From: a virus
Lineage: Duplodnaviria; Caudoviricetes
Reading direction: 5' to 3' (one strand)
Length of the DNA stretch: 30,210 bases
IMG/VR virus record: IMGVR_UViG_3300017913_002922
Coordinates: 1-30,210 of that record
Position numbers and translations under genes: made by a program. Under the pieces are notes generated by a model. It made no database searches, had not been told where the DNA came from, and saw only the letters and a program-made list of their open reading frames with translations. This document shows positions 25,578-30,210 of the stretch, piece after piece (within the stretch, counting starts at the first letter, position 1; every line of letters begins with the position of its first letter).

Positions 25578-25738
25578 ACCTCTTCCCCGCTTACAACCCC
25601 GGACGCCTCCTCCCGGAGGCGCTCCAGGACCTCCCGTAGGTACTGAATCTCGTCGGCCATGGCGTGCAGGCCGTCCATGATCGACTCCAGGTCTTCTTCG
25701 TCGAACTTGACCGTAATTTTCACGTCTTCTTTTTCCAT
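25571..25738 (-). CDS. small acidic coiled-coil protein (55 aa)
   Basis: MEKEDVKITVKFDEEDL... with a G-rich RBS, divergent from the recombinase operon. Confidence 0.55.
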   Translation of the reverse strand: MEKEDVKITVKFDEEDLESIMDGLHAMADEIQYLREVLERLREEASGVVSGEEVH

Positions 25739-25758
25739 AAAACCCCCTCTATGCACAC

Positions 25759-25809
25759 TTGCACATCGACACGGGACCAGTTACCATGCGCTTGCGCATT
25801 GAGAGGAGG
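25759..25809 (+). promoter_or_regulatory. repeated promoter motif, copy 4 (recombinase operon)
   Basis: TTGCAC (25759-64), N17, TACCAT (25782-87); core ACATCGACACGG at 25763-74; RBS GAGAGGAGG. Confidence 0.75.
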
Positions 25810-25814
25810 TCCCT

Positions 25815-26048
25815 ATGAGCGCCGCTAGGAAGAAACAATACTACAACCGGGTGCGTCGCACCTGCCGCCTGCACGGGCTTGATATCGTTTTCGATGGCGC
25901 GCCCAAGAACTACCGCGCGGTCGAGATCAAGAAGGACGGCATGACCTTGTTTGCCGACCGGGGCGACGGCTTTACGCCGCTGAACATCAACTGGGAGCGG
26001 CTCCATGGCGAGCTCGCTGACTATGGATACCGCGGGGGTGTGAAATGA
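25815..26048 (+). CDS. hypothetical protein (77 aa), coupled to the recombinase
   Basis: Strong RBS and an ATGA overlap with the recombinase start. Confidence 0.7.
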   Translation: MSAARKKQYYNRVRRTCRLHGLDIVFDGAPKNYRAVEIKKDGMTLFADRGDGFTPLNINWERLHGELADYGYRGGVK

Positions 26049-26839
26049 TCCAGCCGTCTAAGCGCATCAATAAGATCTACGGCTACTGCCGGGTCTCGAC
26101 CGTAGAGCAGGCGCGACACGGGGTGAGCATCGAGCTCCAGAAGCGCCACATCGAGGAGTTTGTGCGGGAGAAGTACAACCGCGAGGTCGATGGCTTTTAT
26201 TTCGACGAGGGCGTCTCGGGTAAGATAGATATCCTCGATCGAGATGGCTCTCGTGCATTGACGGACGCTATCGACGAGTGGGATATCGTCGTCTGCACCC
26301 GCCTCGATCGCCTGTCGCGCTCGACCCATGATCTCCTGCAGATGATCCCCAACCTCCAGGAGAGCAACGTGACCCTGTTCTTCTGCGAGCAGTTCGGCGA
26401 TGTGCCGATCGTCTACCCGCGGGAGACCAGCGGGAAGGGCCTGCGGTCGAAGTTCGACATGAACCAGATGACCAACCAGATCATGCTCATGGTGCTCTCG
26501 GCTGTGGCCGAGCTTGAGCACGGGATCATCAAGGACCGCTTTGCGGACGGTAAGGTCGACTGGGCCAACCGTGGCTACAGCATCGGCGGCAGCGTGCCCT
26601 ACGGCTTTGAAAAGGTGCGGGAGCGTCACGGGAACAACAGCCGCACGCGGCTCGTGCCCGTGGAGGACGAGCAGCGCGTGATCCGTACGATCCACCGCCT
26701 GGCTGACCGCGGCCTGGGCCACCAGAAGATCGCCAAGCAGGTGAGCTCCCTGCATGCGAACGCTCGGGACATGAGCCGCCACAAGGTGCGCCGGATCCTT
26801 GAGCGCAAGGAGCAGGGGCTGCATTACGAGCACGCCTGA
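26045..26839 (+). CDS. serine recombinase (resolvase/invertase catalytic domain + short recombinase-type DNA-binding domain)
   Basis: YGYCRVST (catalytic Ser), DEGVSG, RLDRLSRS, AVAELE, GGSVPYGF and EQRVI..I...GLGHQKIA. Confidence 0.93.
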   Translation: MIQPSKRINKIYGYCRVSTVEQARHGVSIELQKRHIEEFVREKYNREVDGFYFDEGVSGKIDILDRDGSRALTDAIDEWDIVVCTRLDRLSRSTHDLLQMIPNLQESNVTLFFCEQFGDVPIVYPRETSGKGLRSKFDMNQMTNQIMLMVLSAVAELEHGIIKDRFADGKVDWANRGYSIGGSVPYGFEKVRERHGNNSRTRLVPVEDEQRVIRTIHRLADRGLGHQKIAKQVSSLHANARDMSRHKVRRILERKEQGLHYEHA

Positions 26840-26882
26840 TATGATCTATACTCCGGGGGGTTGATTCCCCCGGAGGCCCGCC

Positions 26883-27026
26883 ATGAGCGCCTTGGAAGAG
26901 ATCCAATACAGCATTGATAAGATCCAGGCGATGCTTGATCAGGACTACATGACCACCCCGGTGCGTGAGATCCTGACCGATATCCTTGCCCGCCTGACCT
27001 CCGCCGCAGCTGACCTTGGCGGCTAA
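26883..27026 (+). CDS. small hypothetical protein (47 aa, not in ORF track)
   Basis: RBS GGAGG; MSALEEIQYSIDKIQAML...DLGG; ends 2 nt before the next ATG. Confidence 0.6.
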   Translation: MSALEEIQYSIDKIQAMLDQDYMTTPVREILTDILARLTSAAADLGG

Positions 27027-27028
27027 AA

Positions 27029-27814
27029 ATGTCTAGCCAAGAAGGCTGGGGGAGGGGCACCTGGGGCTTAGGCGCCTGGGGTACACCTCTTTACGTCAAC
27101 GTCGACGTAGACGGCCAGCAGGTCACCTCGGGTCTCGGCACCCCCACGATCAACTCCGATGCGAACGTCCCGGTAACCGGCCTGGGGATTACCAGCGGCC
27201 TGGGCACGGTCTCGGTGGTCGCCAAGGCAAACGTGAGCCCAGACTCACAATTGATCACCAGCGCCCTCGGTACGCCCACGGTCACCGGCATCGCGAACGT
27301 CTTCCCCGCCGGCCAGGCGACCACCTCGGGCCTGGGCACCCCGGAGGTCAACGCCGGGGCGGTGGTCGAGGTTACGGGTTTTGGCATCAGCAGCGCCCTC
27401 GGCACGGTTGAGGTCACGGCAAAGGCAAACGTCACCCCGACGGGGCAGCAGACCACGAGCGCCCTGGGCACGGTCTTTATTGCCCTCGGGATCCGGGTCG
27501 CCGTAACCGGCCAGCAAATCGATAGCGCCGTGGGCGCAGTTTCTGTTGACGCCGGGGCCGTTGTGGAGCTCGTTGGGGTCCCCATTACGAGCGCCTTGGG
27601 CTCTCCCGTTGTTTATGGTGAAATTGACACCGGACAGGATCCGAATTACGCAGGGGTGGATACGAGCCAGACCCCGGGCTACTCGCCGGTTAGCACGGCC
27701 CAGAGCCCAGGCTATTCGGCGATTAGCACGACGCAGGCGCCCGGCTATGGGGATATAGACTCCAGCCAGACGCCAAACTATGAAGACATTGCAGCCGGGC
27801 GCGACGCCGCCTGA
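27029..27814 (+). CDS. repeat-rich virion structural (tail-associated) protein
   Basis: GWGRGTWG.GAW N-terminus, ~22-aa TGxxxTSxLGTxxV repeats, and C-terminal 11-aa repeats. It is upstream of the tail fibre. Confidence 0.7.
   Translation: MSSQEGWGRGTWGLGAWGTPLYVNVDVDGQQVTSGLGTPTINSDANVPVTGLGITSGLGTVSVVAKANVSPDSQLITSALGTPTVTGIANVFPAGQATTSGLGTPEVNAGAVVEVTGFGISSALGTVEVTAKANVTPTGQQTTSALGTVFIALGIRVAVTGQQIDSAVGAVSVDAGAVVELVGVPITSALGSPVVYGEIDTGQDPNYAGVDTSQTPGYSPVSTAQSPGYSAISTTQAPGYGDIDSSQTPNYEDIAAGRDAA
27623..27787 (+). repeat. five degenerate 33-bp coding tandem repeats ([IV]x[TS]xQxPxYxx)
   Basis: IDTGQDPNYAG / VDTSQTPGYSP / VSTAQSPGYSA / ISTTQAPGYGD / IDSSQTPNYED. Confidence 0.85.
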
Positions 27815-27831
27815 TTGAGTGAGGGTAACGC

Positions 27832-30210
27832 ATGGCCACTTACGTTAACGATCTCCGCCTGACTGAGCTTGCGACCGGCGAAGGCTCCGGAACCTGGGGC
27901 ACGACGACTAACACGAACCTGGAGCTCATCGGCGAGGCCCTGGGCTACGGCACCCAGGATTGCTTTACGACCGACGCCGATGCGACGACCACTGTCGCCG
28001 ACGGGGCTACGGACCCCGCCCGAGCCATGTACTTCAAGGTGACCTCCTCGGCCACCCTGACCGCGACCCGCACCCTGACCATCGCACCGAATACGGTTAG
28101 CCGGGTGATGTGGATTGAGAACGCCACCACCGGCTCCCAGTCCATCGCCATCTCCCAGGGCAGCGGCGCTAACGTCACCATCGCCACCGGCAAGGCGGCG
28201 GTTGTCTACCTAGACGGTGCGGGGGCTACCGCAGCGGTGGTGGACGCCATGAATCTCGTGGACCCCGGTGTCACCGATACGCTGGCGGAGGTTCTGACCG
28301 CAGGCAACGCAACCGGCGGCACGGATATCGCGGTCGGCACGGGTGACGACATTACCTTCGCGAACAATTCCAAGGCCATCTTCGGCGGATCGACCGAGCT
28401 TCAGATTTACTACGAAGCTGGCGCCAGCGTTAACTTAATCGAAAGCCCTACCTACAACATTCAGATAGGCGCTAATGCGATTGACTTTACCAGCTATGCA
28501 GGGACTTCCTACGCAACCATTGATAGCAGCGGGATTTCGTTACCCGATAGCGCAAAAGCCATCTTCGGTGCTGGGTCGGACCTACAGATTTATCACGATG
28601 GGTCTGCTAGCTACATTAGCGACAGCGGTACTGGTAATTTATTTATTGAAGGCGCTGATAACGTAATCCTTAGAAGCCAGTCTACAAGCGAAAACTTTTT
28701 TGCTGGCATTACCAATGCGGAAGTCCGTCTTTACTACAACGGTGTGCAAAAATTTGCCACGACTAACACCGGCGTGGACGTCACCGGCACCGTCACGGCT
28801 GATGGGCTGACGGTTGAAACCACCCAGGGCGACATCAGCATTGCAAACTCTGCGTCCTCGCTAAACTTTGCGCGTGCTGGGACCAGCTATATTCGCGCAA
28901 CGGACGCATCGGGCAGCTTCCGGTTTATTACGGGCGCAAATGACTTTGCAACTAGCCGCTTAAACTTAGCTGCCAACGGCGACGTTTCCTTCTACGAAGA
29001 CACCGGCACCACGGCGAAGTTCTTCTGGGATGCGAGTGCGGAGGCGCTGGGGATTGGGACGACGAGTCCGAACAGGGCGCTAGATGTACAAACTAGCAGC
29101 GAGCAAATCATTGCTACATTCGGCACAGGTAACACAACCCAAGCGCGCCTAAGTATTGCTGATGCAAATACCACGACCGATTATGTGGGCATTGGAGCAG
29201 ATACTGATGACTTTACGATGTTTGCTGGCGGCTCAGAGTGCATGCGCATCGAGGCGTCAGGGCAGGTTGGAATTGGGACCAGCGTTATTGCCGAAACGCT
29301 AGTCCTTGGCTCCGCCGACTCTGGCTCTAACTTCCTGCAAATCACCAACAGTACGACGACCGCTGCGGATAACCGTGGCTTTTATGTTGGGATTGACGCT
29401 AACGAAGCAGCGCGTCTTCTAAACCGTGAAAACACGGATATGGTTTTTGGCACCAATAATACGACGCAGATGACGCTGGACAGCAGCGGGAATCTTGGGA
29501 TTGGGACGTCGAGTCCAGATGCACCGCTACACATATCTCAGCCTTCTACTGGGACTGCAATAGTTCGTCTTGAGCAAACCGATACAACGCTAGTTGCTGG
29601 TCAAGCAGTAGGGGTTGTTGAGTTTGAACAAAACGACGCCGCTGGTGCAGGTGTGCCTGCTAAGCTCGGCGCTTATGCAGAAGACGCAAACGCTGCTGTT
29701 GGTCTTCGTTTTTACACAGGCACTGGCGCTACCGCTAATGAACGCATGCGCATCGACTCCAGCGGCAACGTCGGGATTGGGACGAGCAGTCCTACCACAC
29801 CTGATGGATCAAACGCTGACAATTCGCTAAACGGGATTGTTCAAACAATTTATGGCTCTAGCCCCGCAATAAATCTTATTGATAATGCAGGAACTGGTTA
29901 TTCGCTTATTAACTTTGGGCGGCTCGGTGCAAGCACAAATCCATATCGCGCGTCTATTGGGTATGACCAAGCCAATGACCAATTAGTTTTAGCTGCTTAC
30001 AACGAAATTTTATTTAAAGATGGCAATCTTAATAGTGCCACAGAACGCGCCCGCATCGATTCCAGCGGGAACCTGCTGGTGGGGGTGACCACAAACACGA
30101 CAACCACAAGCGCAGAAGGTTTTGTTTATAACAACGGCGGGTCTCTTTTAGTCACTAGGGACGGCGCACCAGCGGCTTATTTTACGCGACTAAGCTCTGA
30201 TGGCGACATC
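27832..30210 (+). CDS. tail fibre protein (3'-truncated, at least 793 aa; absent from ORF track)
   Basis: MATYVNDLRLTELATGEGSGTWG...; KAIFGxxxxLQIY twice; repeated ERMRIDSSGNVGIGTSSP-type motifs. The frame appears open to the window end. Confidence 0.85.
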   Translation, partial: MATYVNDLRLTELATGEGSGTWGTTTNTNLELIGEALGYGTQDCFTTDADATTTVADGATDPARAMYFKVTSSATLTATRTLTIAPNTVSRVMWIENATTGSQSIAISQGSGANVTIATGKAAVVYLDGAGATAAVVDAMNLVDPGVTDTLAEVLTAGNATGGTDIAVGTGDDITFANNSKAIFGGSTELQIYYEAGASVNLIESPTYNIQIGANAIDFTSYAGTSYATIDSSGISLPDSAKAIFGAGSDLQIYHDGSASYISDSGTGNLFIEGADNVILRSQSTSENFFAGITNAEVRLYYNGVQKFATTNTGVDVTGTVTADGLTVETTQGDISIANSASSLNFARAGTSYIRATDASGSFRFITGANDFATSRLNLAANGDVSFYEDTGTTAKFFWDASAEALGIGTTSPNRALDVQTSSEQIIATFGTGNTTQARLSIADANTTTDYVGIGADTDDFTMFAGGSECMRIEASGQVGIGTSVIAETLVLGSADSGSNFLQITNSTTTAADNRGFYVGIDANEAARLLNRENTDMVFGTNNTTQMTLDSSGNLGIGTSSPDAPLHISQPSTGTAIVRLEQTDTTLVAGQAVGVVEFEQNDAAGAGVPAKLGAYAEDANAAVGLRFYTGTGATANERMRIDSSGNVGIGTSSPTTPDGSNADNSLNGIVQTIYGSSPAINLIDNAGTGYSLINFGRLGASTNPYRASIGYDQANDQLVLAAYNEILFKDGNLNSATERARIDSSGNLLVGVTTNTTTTSAEGFVYNNGGSLLVTRDGAPAAYFTRLSSDGDI

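Noticed and set aside
26045-30210. Gin/Cin-type tail-fibre inversion system
   Set aside because: No inverted crossover sites or reversed fibre cassette are visible. It cannot be excluded beyond the window edge.
27832-30210. Diversity-generating retroelement target
   Set aside because: There is no reverse transcriptase and no adenine-specific template/variable repeat pair in the window.
1-30210. tRNA, rRNA or recognisable structured ncRNA genes
   Set aside because: None was recognised by eye. A covariance-model scan of 5763-5890 and 19225-19838 would be needed to exclude them.

Overview
This is a 30 kb segment of a high-GC tailed dsDNA phage genome (Caudoviricetes, podovirus-like gene content). 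A proteobacterial host is inferred from sigma70-type promoters, IHF-consensus sites and an RMF-like gene. From left to right it contains: (1) three probable DNA-ejection/internal virion proteins (1-4657); (2) a small RHH regulator divergent from a 2OG-Fe(II) oxygenase-fold gene whose iron ligands appear lost; (3) an array of small early genes (6002-10833) punctuated by a repeated promoter-leader-RBS cassette with the core ACATCGACACGG; (4) a leftward recombination/replication module (AAA ATPase, Zn-finger/DUF3310, DUF669 SSB, Cas4-like exonuclease, SF2 helicase) divergent from Cro and a prim-pol/helicase, followed by AGGGTCA iterons; (5) a terminase small subunit and a ~600 bp non-coding region with two IHF-consensus sites (candidate packaging site); (6) a resolvase-like nuclease and two large polyvalent proteins with zincin-like, HhH-glycosylase-like, ParB-like and three ADP-ribosyltransferase-like domains; (7) a serine recombinase driven by a fourth copy of the promoter motif; (8) a repeat-rich virion protein and a mosaic tail fibre that runs off the window. 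The best candidates for novel biology are the recombinase-linked repeated promoter cassettes, the polyvalent effector array with putative processing linkers, and the apparently catalytically dead oxygenase. All domain calls come from recognising motifs by eye. No searches were run.
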